Positions 1-13,163 of a stretch of 64,000 nucleotides of DNA are shown here, one piece after another. Source of the stretch: Octopus vulgaris. Taxonomy: Eukaryota. The stretch is taken from contig OX597819.1 of the NCBI GenBank assembly GCA_951406725.2, forward strand, positions 116,622,001-116,686,000. The letters run 5' to 3'. The notes beneath the pieces were generated by a model. That model saw only the letters and a list, made by a program, of their open reading frames with translations. It was not told the origin of the DNA and did not search any database. The stretch's first letter is position 1. Each line of letters starts with the position of its first letter. Made by a program: the position numbers and the translations under genes.

Positions 1-599
1 GCAGCTAAACCGACAGTCGTAAATCTGCCATCATTTGGTGTCTAAAGAAATCAGGGGAGAAATATTAAGACTCCTAGGTCTTACAGTAATAATATAATAA
101 TAGCAATAGTTGTGAAACTGTAGTAGTGCACTAGTAAATACCATAGGACTTATAGTAGTAATACATAAATTATAATAATGAACACGAATGATTTAACTCA
201 AAATGATTTGAAAAGTTATAGTTGTGAAACCGTCGAGTCGCTGGCAACTCCACTGATCTTGCTTGGTGAGCAAAGTGTATTTTCGACACCCTGAAAAACC
301 GTAATGGGCAGAGAAACAGAAAAGAGTCAATGGCCATTCCGAAAGCGGGCAGACAGTTCTGGTGAGTCTTGGTTGGCAGTCTGTCTAGAAGAATGTCTCT
401 GATTTAAAAACTGAGGTATATAGGACGCCTTAGTCACAATGGTGACAATCTGTTCCCTGACAATCAAGCCCGGCTTCTTCACAAAACCAACAGGAGAAAA
501 GTGGGAAAAGGAGACGGAAACTCCAAAAAAATGAAACTAATATTACAGGAATCATATATCCTAGGTTTTGAGATCCTGTCTGGGATGGTGTCATGAGAA

Positions 600-892
600 G
601 TAAAAATACTAGTTGTTGTGCAACCTAAAATTCACTGCCCCTTACCATGAGTGCTGAAATGTCAAATAAAAATAAAAATGAGAACTGCGTGAATGAGGCT
701 GGAACACCTTGTGAAGACACTCAAAGCGGAGAGTGGAGAGCATTATTAGTAGGTTTTGAGAATAGCTGAGGGGATTATTAGAGATCACCGAAGGAAAATT
801 CCTAACTAGAAAACGTCTGCCCCAGATGGGTTTCAGGGCTTTTGGCTTAGAAACGTCACAGTTCTGCACTGGAGAATTCCGAGACAGCTAGG
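600..892 (+). mobile_element. Decayed Dong/R4-type LINE fragment (region just upstream of RT)
   Basis: Manual translation gives IRDHRRKIPN*KTSAPDGFQGFWLRNVTVLHWRIPRQL, matching the NWKAPGPDG-x-GFWLK motif that precedes RT in R4/Dong elements; in-frame stops. Confidence 0.6.
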
Positions 893-3800
893 TAAAATAC
901 TAAATAGTGACGTTCGAGTACCGGTCTGGATGACAAAAAGAAGAATTTATTTACTGAGAGATGTGTGTGGAAAACAAACTATTGTATTATGGAGAAATTT
1001 AACGGATTGTTGAACATGTCACTAGTCGTTTTGTGCAGTTGTGCTTCATCACAAACATCGAAACCGCCTTTCAGTGCCCATGTTGAACTGGCATCAGTAA
1101 ACAGTAAATTTCTTGATGAGCGCAAGTCTTTATCAAGCAGAACAAGTTGATATGAAGCACAGAAAGCAACGTTCATTGAAATATCGTTATACAAAACTAT
1201 ATTTAACAGGTGCATTTATATTCAGACATGGAAAAGTTTCACTCCCGAAAATATCCTGTCTCGAGGGAAAACATCTTATAGAAAATATGCGTAAAAATAT
1301 ATCCCAGGGTTTTGTATGACATCGCCGAAACGTTGGACATGTATTTCCGTTTGTTTACCATTTGTTACCTACAAATGCCTAACCTGTCTTCACTGATAAG
1401 AACAGCTGTTCTTATATTTAAACATTAAGTATCAAATTTTCTGTTGCTTTGTCGAGCTAGAATTGATTAAAGAGACATGCATTAAGTACAGTCGCATTTT
1501 CAGCCCATCATATATCATATAAAGCTGAAGACTCGCCAGTTTGTTACAATCAAGTCTGCGTACAAAAGATGGGTATTCATTCCTTGTGAATGTGCAACGA
1601 GTCAAGATACGTATCAGATTCATCAGTTTTACTGCCTACATGGACGTTAAATGAAATAAACCACTAAAAGCTACGTTAAATTGTATGTTTATTAAAACGA
1701 AACAGCTTCCATTTTAAACTCTCTCTCGCTCACACACCACACACCCACAATCTTCAAAGACATAGGCATGTATATAAAAATATATACCATTTTGTGCTTG
1801 ATGTGTTAAGATGATTTGAGAGAATTCACTTTAGGTGAAGAATCATCTGTTTGATTTTTGATTAGCAGAACACAAATACGTATTTGTAGCTTATGAATAG
1901 CTTCGTTCAAAATGCAACCCCTATTTAGTTCACTATACTCACCCATTTTTATATGATAAATGAATTATTCAACGTTGCAACTCCATGACATCTCGCGTGA
2001 GAGAAGAAAAATGTCTTTTTGAATAAAATAATTTGATCAGTAAAGATAGTGAAGTAGATGTTTTAGTATCTTTAAATCATAAACGCAGTAACTTGTCATT
2101 TGGTTATAAGACAGAGGTCAACACAACTGTGAAGAATAAAACAACACTTAGAAAGTGATATATTGGTATGGCACAGGGTCAATTTAAATGGAAATGCACT
2201 GACTATTTACTATTTAGCCATCATCCAGAATGATAACGACTGAGACTTTAGAAGACTATATATCGTCAGAATACGAAATGGAATAGTAAATAGAGAGTGA
2301 CTTAGGGATAAAAGGCATACAAAAGGTAAGCTCATAACTGCATAATTTCTTGCACCTTTGTTTGCCCCATTCCAAAAATATAACTTTTAATAGATGCTCT
2401 CATATGACCAGATATTAGAAAATTTTAAAACCCCGCTTCCAGACCGCAAAACATATTCAAGGACCATCTTACAGGAAAAGCTCTTTCTTATGCGCTTCGT
2501 TATTCTCATTTTCTTGCTCTTAATCTTTTTCTTTATATTTTCTACTAAGCATGTACTTTACATTATTTTCCCTATCTTTCCTTCGATCTGACATTTAAGT
2601 TTACGATTTTCCTTTGTTGTGCATACTTTATTGTACATAAATCATTTTCTTATGGTCTGAACCAGAAAGCAAAGTCTTAATCTGTATCACAAAATTTCTT
2701 GTCTCACAGTGCTTCAGTTCCCAGTCTGTAATTCGTACCCATTTGACTATTTTATTTTTATATCAATATCTTAAATAAATTTGAAGGAATTACTTTCTTC
2801 AGATAATTTCATTTTCATATGTATTATATGACGATATATGTAGCTATCGAAAAAAAAATGATTTTTGGCGCCTCTAAATTATATACCATCTTTAGGATTC
2901 AGTTAGGTTGGTCCTCTTTTTTTTTCTCAAATATTATCTCAGATATTCTCATCTAAGATGAAGCGTCATATATATTCCTATATAGTTTATATGTACATAC
3001 ATATCCGACGGCATGATTTGAACTTGAGATCATTCAATCTCTTACATGTTTAAGCCAATAGAGCGTTATTCGAGAGAGATTTTTTCAGGTAAAAGGAGCA
3101 ACTAGAGCAACAGATTAGAATTCCTTTCGCCTGTTCGTAGTCCAGAATATTTTAAAACTCTTATCCACAGTTTGACTTCTATGAATCTCTATATCCTTGG
3201 CATTACGTGCCATTTTACAAATTCATTTTCGGTCAACTGACATTTCTCAAAGTTTAACGTTTCTAATTTCATTTTAATTCATTTCATTAATAATGTATTA
3301 CATGAATGGTAATATTACATTTACTTGATTCTCTACTCTTATCTGACCATATGTCATATAATTTCATATGATTGTTTGCTTTACATTTTATGCGGAAATT
3401 AATCTAATTGTACAGGAATAAATTCTTTTGTTTTTTGGGATTAGCTTTTAATATTCACTTATACAGGAAAGGATTCATAATTTATGTGCTAGTTACTTTT
3501 GCTTTGACATAATTATTTAAAGCCCATATTTGTTTTTATTGAAACAGAGTAAAATAGAGCAGGTATTTAATCAACAGTAATGATGTCACATACCGTGAAA
3601 GGTGCACGAAACACTGGTAAATGGAATATAAGAGTTCAATCATGTTTAACCCGTTCGTGTCCACTTTGATGTTAGAATATCTAGCGTTTTACTGTCTAAT
3701 CAATAAATTATAGTTATAGCAAGCTTTGTGTATATGTAGGTATATACTATTTGATATTTTTAGAAATACGAAAAGTTCACCTCACAAGGCTATAAGCAAC

Positions 3801-4038
3801 TGATTCGGTATTCGAAGTTGGCGAAACGTAACAACACAGAACTCCATGCGTACTATGATCCGATGACATGCCATTAGACATTGTTTATGCGGAAATATTT
3901 CTCTCGAGAATATTTTCGCATCGAATTTACTACCCACGTCGAAGGATATATGAACCTGTTAATTATGCATGTATGTTTGTATATCAACAAGCGCGCGCAA
4001 ACACACACACATGCGTGAATGAGTAAGTGTGTTGTGGG

Positions 4039-4084
<46 letters not shown>

Positions 4085-4149
4085 AAAATCAAAATTAAAA
4101 AATATAGGAAAACAAGGAGGTCGATCAATCACTAGTATGTAAGACATAC

Positions 4150-4505
4150 GAACTTTGACAAGACTACATGTACTGATGGGAACTTCAGTGTGTATACTTT
4201 AAATGCTAGTAGTAGCTATAAGATCAGAAATGTTGTCTATTGAATTAAATACTTGGAGGAAGCGGAATGCAGCATACACTGGGGAGACTTCTAGAGTTTA
4301 GCTGAGAGTCTAAATGTTCATTGGTGGGAGTATATGACAGGCAGCGGTCGTCGATATTCTATCATCATGCCAAAGATCAACATAGTGGTATGCTGAATCA
4401 AATTATTATTGGAATGTAGTCCAAACATGCCTGATACTTATTGTCACAACAGATACTTGAGTATGTTCTCATAAATGAGGCACCCTGAATATTAAATAGA
4501 AAACA
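4150..4505 (+). mobile_element. Penelope-like element GIY-YIG endonuclease remnant
   Basis: Translation across frameshifts: IRNVVY*IKYLEE..NAAYTGETSR/SLAESLNVHW..SSIFYHHAKDQH..LSQQILEYVLINE..LNRK, i.e. the VVY..YxGETxR..H..E..N pattern. Confidence 0.7.
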
Positions 4506-6631
4506 TGCTTAGTATATAATAGAACTACTGCCACTACACACGAAACGCACGTGTGGTCGTGTAACCGTCCGCATAGGTGGGGGTCATGTATGGCTATAGG
4601 TAAGTATATATATAGGTAAGTAAGAACAGTCGAATGAAAAATTTGTTTTTAATAATTCATTGGAGTGAACGTAAAATAACTGAATCTGTATCTGAGACTG
4701 CTTCGTGACAATTTTTTCATTGAACTAATAAACACATCGGTAACAATATAAAATATAAATTGTTTGTTGTTCAATGTTAGGAAACAAAAATCTGTAGAAC
4801 GGATAAATACCATAAGCATATCGTCGTACTCCTGTATAGTTTTCCAGTTTACTAAAAACAATACGAACAGATTTCTAAGTCATAAACAATCATGACCGAA
4901 TCAGAAAAAAGCTTTTATATCATTTATACCGGGATGTGTTGCCTGAAAAAGGTGTTAATATTCGTTTGCTTTTGTTTGGACGGCCGCCTTTGTGTTATGT
5001 AACAAGAAAAATCTCAACCAATAATTTGTGCAGAAAGTGGTTTAAATTTCCCGTGTAAAGTGGTTTACTCAGCCATATAATACTATTAGCATGTTAGAAA
5101 TGTTAAGGATGCATCCTTGTATACTTCGGATGTTATCAGTAGTAGTAAATTTTTTAAATGAAACCTGAATGAATCTGATGTTATTATATATCTCAATCTC
5201 CAAGGAATTGGCAAAGTGTTGGTAAAGTTTACAATGTTGGCATAACGCTAAAAGGAGTCCATTTCACTAAATGGTTATCTATGTACAGCTATTTATACTC
5301 TGTACCCCTACTTTAAGTATTTTGGCCAGTGTGTCACGCAAAAAATCCAAAATGGATTCGTGATTATTGCCATATAGAGCTAAAATATCTTTTCTTTTTT
5401 ATGTCAGCAACCAAATTCCTAGAAATACCAGCCAAATGTCCAGAAAATTACAGCCAGCAATCTTAAATGGAGCAGAATATTTGGATGTTGTGGCACTAGG
5501 TAGATGTGTGAACAACTGACGTGATGGAGTTTGCAGGAACACCTAAATGATAGGTCTGTGTGATGAGCTTTGACCTGGGGTTAAATAAGAGCAACAATTA
5601 ATTCTTCCTCCCGACAACTTGATCGTCAGGGTCTGTCACGTAAAAGACGTACCAGAGAACCAAGTAGCTCTTTCGCGTGAATATTCAATTTTTCTTATGA
5701 TATCAATATTTACATAATTATCCACGCAATAGTTCGATAAATAGAGTCAAGCTTTGACTCCTTATGGCCAGAGGCATCAATCAATGAGAGATAAGTGATT
5801 TTGTATAAGGATGGTAGGTGAGGGGCATTTGAGAATTTCACCTCTTTGTCAAAGGTATTTCCGCGATAAGTAAAAATTATCTCGGTCGCTATCTTACTTC
5901 TTGGAGTATTTGCGTCGAACACATCGATAAAATAGATATTTCAAACATAATGCGTTTCATTTCAAGTTGTTCACTAATTTTTCTGAAGTTTCATATAAAG
6001 ATAATTTGACTTCCAACATCAAAGAAAAGTGAATAGTTTTATTTTTTTTTCTTTGCTGTTTTCTTTGTTTTTCCTTTATTTTTACATTGACATATAACCT
6101 TTTCTGGTTTCCACTTCCATTTATAGTCAACTTCTTAAAGCTAGATATCTGAAAGTTTTAAAATTGTGTATTACAGAAACTTTAAAAAGTAGAGTGCAGA
6201 CTTACTTCACTGGCATTTACTTTTGCGTTTACAAAACATCAATATACAATAAAGCTAACATTTAAATTTCACATGTTATTTGACAAGATTATATATATTT
6301 TTAGGTTTGTTTTGTGTTTCTGTGACTCAGAAAGCATTTGTTTTGTTAAATATTTGCATATGTCTTGATTTTATTTCACTACTTCTTTGTAGGTTTTATG
6401 CGCGTGTGTATATGTGTCTGTGTGTGTATTAAAGTAGAAAAAGTAAATAACCAAATAGATAAGTTCACATGCAAAGGTTATGAGTTATTGTAGCCAGTTT
6501 TATGGAGTGTATTGATGAGGAGAACGTATATTTAAAGCAGTCCGGCTAAGGTTGAGACATTCGCTTTGTAAATATGGGGTTACAATTTCTAACTCATGCC
6601 GCAAACATTAGATGAATATTTTTGGTCACAG

Positions 6632-8104
6632 AGGGTGGCGAGCTGGGGGAAACGTTAGCACGCCGGGCGAAATGCTTAGCGGTATTTCGTCTGCCGTTAC
6701 GTTCTGAGTTCAAATTCCGTCGAGGTCGACTTTGCCTTTCATCCTTTCGGGGTCGATTAAATAAGTACCAGTTACGCACTGGCGTCGATATAATCGACTT
6801 AATCCGTGTGCCTGTCCTTGTTTGTCCCCTCTATGTTTAGCCCCTTGTGGGTAACAAAGAACTAGGTATTTCGTTTGTCCTTACGTTTAAGGCGGCGAGC
6901 TGGCAGAAACGTTAGCACGCCGGGCGAAATGCTTAGCAGTATTTCGTCTGCCACTGCGTTCTGAGTTCAAATTCCGCCGAGGTCAACTTTGCCTTTCATC
7001 CTTTCGGGGTCGATTAAATAAGTACCCGTTACGCACTGGGGTCGATATAATCGACTTAATTCGTGTGCCTGTCCTTGTTTGTCCTCTCTGTGTTTAGCCC
7101 CTAGTGGGTAGTAAAGAAATAGGTATTTCGTCTGCCGCTACGTTCTGAGTTCAAATTCCGCCGAGGTGGACTTTGCCTTTCATCCTTTCGGGGTCGATTA
7201 AATAAGTACCAGTTACGCACTGGGGTCGATATAATCGACTTAATCCGTTTGTCTGTCCATGTTTGTCCACTCTAGGTTTAGCCCCTTGTGGGTAACAAAG
7301 AAATAGGTATGTTGTTTGTCCTTACGTTTAAGGCGGCGAGCTGGCAGAAAGGTTAGCACGTCGGGTGAAATGCTTAGCGGTATATCGTCTGCCGTTACGT
7401 TCTCAGTTCAAATTCTGTCGAGGTCGACATTACTTTTCATCCTTTCGGGCTCGATTAAATAAGAACCAGTTACGCACTGGAGTCGATATAATAGACTTAA
7501 TCCGTTTGTCTGTCCTTGTTTGTCCTCTCTGTGTTTAGCCCCCTGTGGGTAGTGAAGAAATAGGTATTTCGTCTGACGTTACGTTCTGAGTTCAAATTCC
7601 GCCGAGGTCGACTTTGCCTTTCATCCTTTCGGGGTCGATTAAATAAGTACCAGTTACGCACTAGAGTCGATATAATCGATTTAGTCCGTCTGTCTGCCCT
7701 TGTCTGTCCCCTCTGTGTTTAGCCCCTTGTAGGTAGTAAAGAAATAGGTATTTCTTCTGACGTTACGTTCTGAGTTCAAATTCCGCCGAGGTCGACTTTG
7801 CCTTTCATCCTTTCGGGGTCGATTAAATAAGTACCAGTTACGCACTGGAGTCGATATAATCGATTTAATCCGTCTGTCTGTCCTTGTCTGTCCCCTCTGT
7901 GTTTAGCCCCTTGTGGGTAGTAAAGAAATAGGTATTTCGTCTGACGTTACGTTCTGAGTTCAAATTCCGCCGAGGTGGACTTTGCCTTTCATCCTTTCAG
8001 GGTCGATTAAATAAGTACCAGGTACGCACTGAGGTCGATATAATCGACTTAATCCGCTTGTTTGTCTCCTCTGTGTTTAGCCCCTTGTGGGTAGTAAAGA
8101 AAGG
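6632..8104 (+). mobile_element. Tandem array of tRNA-derived Nin-domain SINE (family A): 7 bodies, 3 with full heads
   Basis: Head aaggcggcgagctggcagaaacgttagc at ~6632, 6889 and 7330; B-box-like gagttcaaattcc; Nin/Deu-like gcctttcatcctttcggggtcga; ~184-bp headless units at ~7122, 7563, 7747 and 7931; flanking 15-bp direct repeat tatttt(t/c)ggtcacag at 6617-6631 and 8105-8119. Confidence 0.9.
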
Positions 8105-8528
8105 TATTTTCGGTCACAGCTCGGTCAACCAAAATACTGCGAGTGAAATTTCATTGATAGAACCCGTGTGAGTGATGTCAAAGGATCATTCTTGTTTTGG
8201 ATGATTATCTTAGAAGTTATCTCTGACTACAAAGACTGTCAGAAATGTCATGAAACAAAGAAAGCCATTAATTACATATTACTATGAAAAAGAAAAGGAA
8301 ATTGCTGTGCAAGGAAAGGTATGGTTAAAATATTTACTTCGCAACTACTAAGAAATGACACACATATATACAGTGTATGTATAAATACATACAAACACAA
8401 CTATCTCAGCTCGATTGAACATCATCATATAACCCTATTTTCGTCTTTACTGCACATATTCACTTTTCTTTCCGCCGATCTCACAGTATTAGAGCCACTG
8501 ATACAAAGGCAGAGAGAGAAACAGTAGT

Positions 8529-8568
<40 letters not shown>

Positions 8569-8605
8569 GCGCAAACTTGCACACGCACGTCTATGTATGT
8601 AAATA

Positions 8606-8969
8606 ATGATTTTAAATTTTGGCCAGAAATTTGGGGGAGAGGTAAGATGATTACCTTGGCTTCAGTACTCAATGGGTACTTATTTTGACCTCGAAATACA
8701 TAAAAGGCAAAGTCAACCTCAGCGGAATTTGAACTCAGTACGTGAAGACTGACGAAATACCTATTTCTTTACTACCCACAAGGGGCTAAACACAGAGAGG
8801 ACAAACAAGGCAGACAAACGGATTAAGTCGATTATATCGACCCCAGTGCGTAAGTAGTCCTTAATTTATCGACCCCGAAAGGATAAAAGGCAAAGTCGAC
8901 CTCGGCGGAGTTTGAACTCAGAACCTCGCGGCAGACGAAATACCGCTGAGCGTTTCACCTCGCCGACTT
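8606..8969 (-). mobile_element. SINE family A composite (LINE-tailed unit joined to normal-tailed unit)
   Basis: Reverse complement of the array unit; junction aagaaata/ggtatttcgtc at ~8762. Confidence 0.85.
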
Positions 8970-8983
8970 TATGTATGTAAATA

Positions 8984-9197
8984 CTGGTTTCAAATTCTGG
9001 CAGAAGGCCAGCAGGTCCTGGGGTGGATTAAGTCATTGAAATCGACCCCATTGTTCAACTGTTACTTATTTTATCGACCCCGAAATGATGAATAGCAAAG
9101 TCGGCTTCGTTTGATTTGAACTCAGGACGTGAAGACGGACAAAACACCGCTTAGAATTTTTCGCGGTGTGCTAACAATTTTATCAGCGAGCCGCCTT
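8984..9197 (-). mobile_element. SINE family A, diverged monomer
   Basis: atcgaccccgaaatgatgaa..tttgaactcag..gctaacaattttatcagcgagccgcctt. Confidence 0.8.
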
Positions 9198-9939
9198 TAT
9201 GTGTGTAAATATTAAGAATTAAAACTGAATGAGCAACTGTCTGTATGGCATAATTCTACAATTGTTTCACTGATACTTTACCAGATGGTTACTGCCTGAA
9301 TTTTGTTATTTAATATATGAAATAATACATTGTATCGCTATCTATACCTCAAGCAATACTGGAAAATGTCAACTCATAAGGTCTATGGTTAAATAGAATT
9401 GCTTAGTGTTTCTTTAAGTGACAGAATATATATACCCGTCGTTGAGGATGTTCTTATCATTTCATTAACATATAATAGTTGAAACACGAAAATAAAATAG
9501 CTGCACAAAAAAACCACAGATCAGAATGAACAGATCAAGAAATAGCCTGAATCAATGAAAACAAAAGAATAGAGGGAAGTGACACGGAAATCATACACCT
9601 ATTATAGCTAGTGTCTTTTCTAAGGTCATCAGGATGTTTACAATGTAATTTGATACTGCTGTGTTTTTGCCGAAAATTAATTTTCAAGAGCTTTTTACCA
9701 CCAGCTGATTAATTAATAAAAAAACATTCATCACGTCTTATATTCTCAAGAACACACAGATACAGGCTCATACAAGTTATTTCTTTGCTAATTTTTTATC
9801 ATTAATAAATAAATTAATAAATCAAGCGAATAATTACGATGGTGTAGAATGTTCAACACTGACACGCACATGCAGACAAACACATCCATTTTCTGCAAAC
9901 AAGTGCTTCTAGTCTAAAGCTCCGAATACCGGAAGACAG

Positions 9940-10890
9940 CAAGCGTATGGGGTCATCAGGAGAGAATGCGCGCTGTTTTGGGGACTACTTCCCGACGGTA
10001 TGAATGCGCACCGGCCACCCTCACTGATATGAAACCCCGCTTGCTAGATCAACTGGTTATCAAATAAGCGCAACATTCTTCTAGTCATCCCTAATCATGC
10101 CTTTTTAACCAAATCCAGTGGCTAGCCTTTTCCACTGTAGTTTGGATATCGGTCATGGTAGTATTTAATTCACGATGAGTTAGGCCTAACGATAAAACAG
10201 TTGCCTCACACTGTGTCCAACCAATACTCTACATCCGACTTCGATTGAAATCATTTCGCTAATCGGATACTGTCTTTCACTTCAAATAATTATTTTCCTG
10301 TATCGTATATTGACCTTGTTAACTTAACTTGTTTCTCCACTACAGATCCTGTAATTCTATTAAGAACTTCACATACCTTGTTTTCAAACTCTTTATAACT
10401 TCCTTTCTCATTAGCAGTAAGTCAAAGAACCCTCGATTTCTTCCAAGTACCATCTCATGTACCAGTTTCATAACCTGCAGTTTCCTGTTGGGAAGGGGTT
10501 TTGCTGTAACAATTATCGATCCACGGTGGTTTGAGTCCGGGGATGATTTTCCACGTGTTTTACGATCACATGATATTGATATGTCCTCTTCTTACAAGGT
10601 TTTTCCCAGCCTGCCTCGGTTGCAAATGTTCTACAACACCGTTTGCATACAAAGTTGTTTGCACTTCGTTCGCTATTCGAGGTATTAGCCGTATTCTTGT
10701 CCAAGGTAATTTCCGTGTTAACTGGGTTTGATTGATTCTCGACTACCTCCCCTCGGTAAAGCATAGGGATGTCGTTCTCACTAGTAGCTGTTACAAAATG
10801 TTACAGAGGCGATGATTGTAAGCCCGCAGCCTCCGCCAGTCCTTCCTGGTGTCGATAGACTATCCCATTGTCCGCTCTGTATAACAACTA
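9940..10890 (-). mobile_element. Internally deleted HERO/R2-like RLE-type LINE (N-terminal zinc finger plus RLE C-terminus, no RT)
   Basis: Minus strand: FVCKRCCRTFATEAG (C2H2-like start, ~10660-10610) and ISIEVGCRVLVGHSVRQLF/LGLTHRELNTTMTDIQTTVEKASHWIWLKR (~10250-10100). Confidence 0.7.
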
Positions 10891-10899
10891 AAATTAAGT

Positions 10900-11069
10900 G
10901 TATCGTGAAAGGTGTTTATAAGTCATTTAAAAATACACAAAAGTCGTTAGATTCACTACAACATTTAAATTTAACTCGTTAAAATATGTTCATCGCTTTG
11001 AGACCGCGACCTGTTCACTGACAAAATTCCGTGCAGCACAGAATTTTGCCAGTGAACTGGTCGCGGTCT
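10900..11069 (-). mobile_element. Penelope pLTR-like element ending in a 34-bp-arm hairpin (11001-11069); homolog of 18983-19120
   Basis: 10900-11038 is the diverged reverse complement of 18983-19120; arms agaccgcgacctgttcactgacaaaattccgtgc / gcacagaattttgccagtgaactggtcgcggtct. Confidence 0.65.
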
Positions 11070-11310
11070 TCCACGCAGCGATTGTTTTTGCTTCATCATA
11101 GATCTGAGATCAGGTCACTTGCTATACAAGTACGTCTCCGTAAATTTAATTTATTAGATACTAATGAAATAATACAGCGTATGTAAACATTAGTGTATAT
11201 ATTTGAACGCCTACATAATCTCAACCTTACAGAAACACTAAGCTAAAGACATGGACACATGTATATAGACAGGTGCATCGATGATATATTCACTTATACA
11301 CCCTTTTATC

Positions 11311-11349
<39 letters not shown>

Positions 11350-11410
11350 TTACACTCCACACGCAAACCCATGCACATACCTTCGCACAAAATATACATA
11401 CATATGTGTA

Positions 11411-11458
<48 letters not shown>

Positions 11459-12242
11459 TGTCTGTGTGTGTCTGTGTGTTTGTGTGTGCGTCTCTGTATG
11501 AATTTTGACTGGTGATCGATATTTTCTATTTTCTTTACTTTTAACGGTGTTTAGGATTCCATTCTCGGAGTCTTTGAAGGATTCATTTTATTTTCCCTAC
11601 TTATTTTTTCTTCATTGTAATTATTAGCATTGTTTGATAATCCTTCCTGTAGGCTTGATTACTGTTTTCGCTATAAGCCATATAAAAGATCCTCTGTGCT
11701 TTTTCTCGGTTGCGAATGTGGGATCTCTGTTCGTATTTTCATGCTTATCAGATCGTAATTACTAAAATTAATTTCCAATGTATCTCATCTCACCATGGCA
11801 CCTTGCCATCAGTTATGAGTGTAACATTCTGAATTCGACAATTATTTAACAGGTACATGTGAAATTTGCCTCACGAGTGTTTGTCCTGCTTTCAAAGTAC
11901 GAGGCGGTGAGAAATAATGTTTGCTAAGAATAAGAAGACAGTGAGGTCTTTTCACTTAAAGGGAAGAGAACATATGAAAGAATATTTTCTTGTAATTCAT
12001 TGTTTTCTCGGTTTTTGTTTTCGTTTTGGATGTCCCAGTCGCTGCAGATAACGTTGTTTCGCTCTTAATGGAGTTAATCATTTCAACGTAACTTTGGATC
12101 ATGAAACTACAGGGTCTATATTCATATAAAATATTTGGAAATTATATACGTTCGACTACTTTCCTTTTGGCTTTCGTACTCTCTGAATAGTGGAGAAAAG
12201 AAGTAAAGAGATACAGGCAGAGAAATTGAAACCTCAGTGTCG

Positions 12243-12307
<65 letters not shown>

Positions 12308-12415
12308 CTGCTCGCTTAGCCAGCGGGGTGGCGTCATTGAAAGCTAAAACAATGCGAAGCGCATTGTGACCAGCAATGTGTAGCAACATCTGATGGCCTG
12401 TTCGGTCAGGTGATT

Positions 12416-12462
<47 letters not shown>

Positions 12463-12780
12463 TCTATAAAAATAATTTGAAATTACTCTTATTCGTGGTA
12501 TGGACATTGGCTGCCCTTTCCAGCATGTAAGGTGTCCTGTTAAGGTCACCTCTTTTCTGTTTAAAGACGTACACTAATTTATATGATATATATATATATA
12601 TATTGAACGTACTACAAGCTCACGTCCTCCAAGTTCCACTTGAATCTCTGTCAGGTGACACTAATCCCATGGGGGTTGTATAATGGGATCGATCGACTGC
12701 AAAACTACCTGAGTGTGATGCAAATCTCCTACAGTACAGCCACTTCTGTAACTTGTTAGTAGCTAGTAATAGTGTTTAAA

Positions 12781-13163
12781 TCTCTCTCTATATAAACGGC
12801 AGTTTGTCTGTGTGTGTTTCTGTGTGTCTGTTTGGTTGTACCCTCACTCTGACCACGGCTTTCAACCGATTCTGATGAAACTTGACACACACATAGCCCA
12901 ATGTCATAATTCAAAACTAACGCAGCGAAAATTTTGAAAAGTTTCCCCAGTTCTGAAAAAAATCGATAAATTCGACATGGGGTCGAGAATCAGAAACACA
13001 AACCACAGACTGTCTAGGGGACGCAACTCCACCTTTTTAACTCTCAAAAAAATTTACCATCATTTTTTTCCCATTTTTTTGCTATATTTTGGCTATAACT
13101 ATCTAAAAATGCTTTATAGTTATTTCCCTTACAAACCCGAGCAACGCCGGGCGATACTGCTAG
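12781..13163 (+). mobile_element. Non-autonomous Helitron, copy 1
   Basis: A|TC start, subterminal hairpin cccgagcaacgccggg, CTAG|T end, no TSD; near-identical copy at 19131-19500. Confidence 0.85.

Noticed and set aside
979-1215. ORF with FTDASSTW, reminiscent of DIRS RNase H
   Set aside because: A single short motif with no other RNase H or RT residues nearby.
3855-3925. ccgatga..gaaa plus a small palindrome as a hammerhead
   Set aside because: Stems I and II cannot be formed convincingly.
6632-8104. CRISPR-like or tRNA-gene-cluster appearance
   Set aside because: Units are 180-255-bp SINE bodies without unique spacers, and I could not form a complete cloverleaf.
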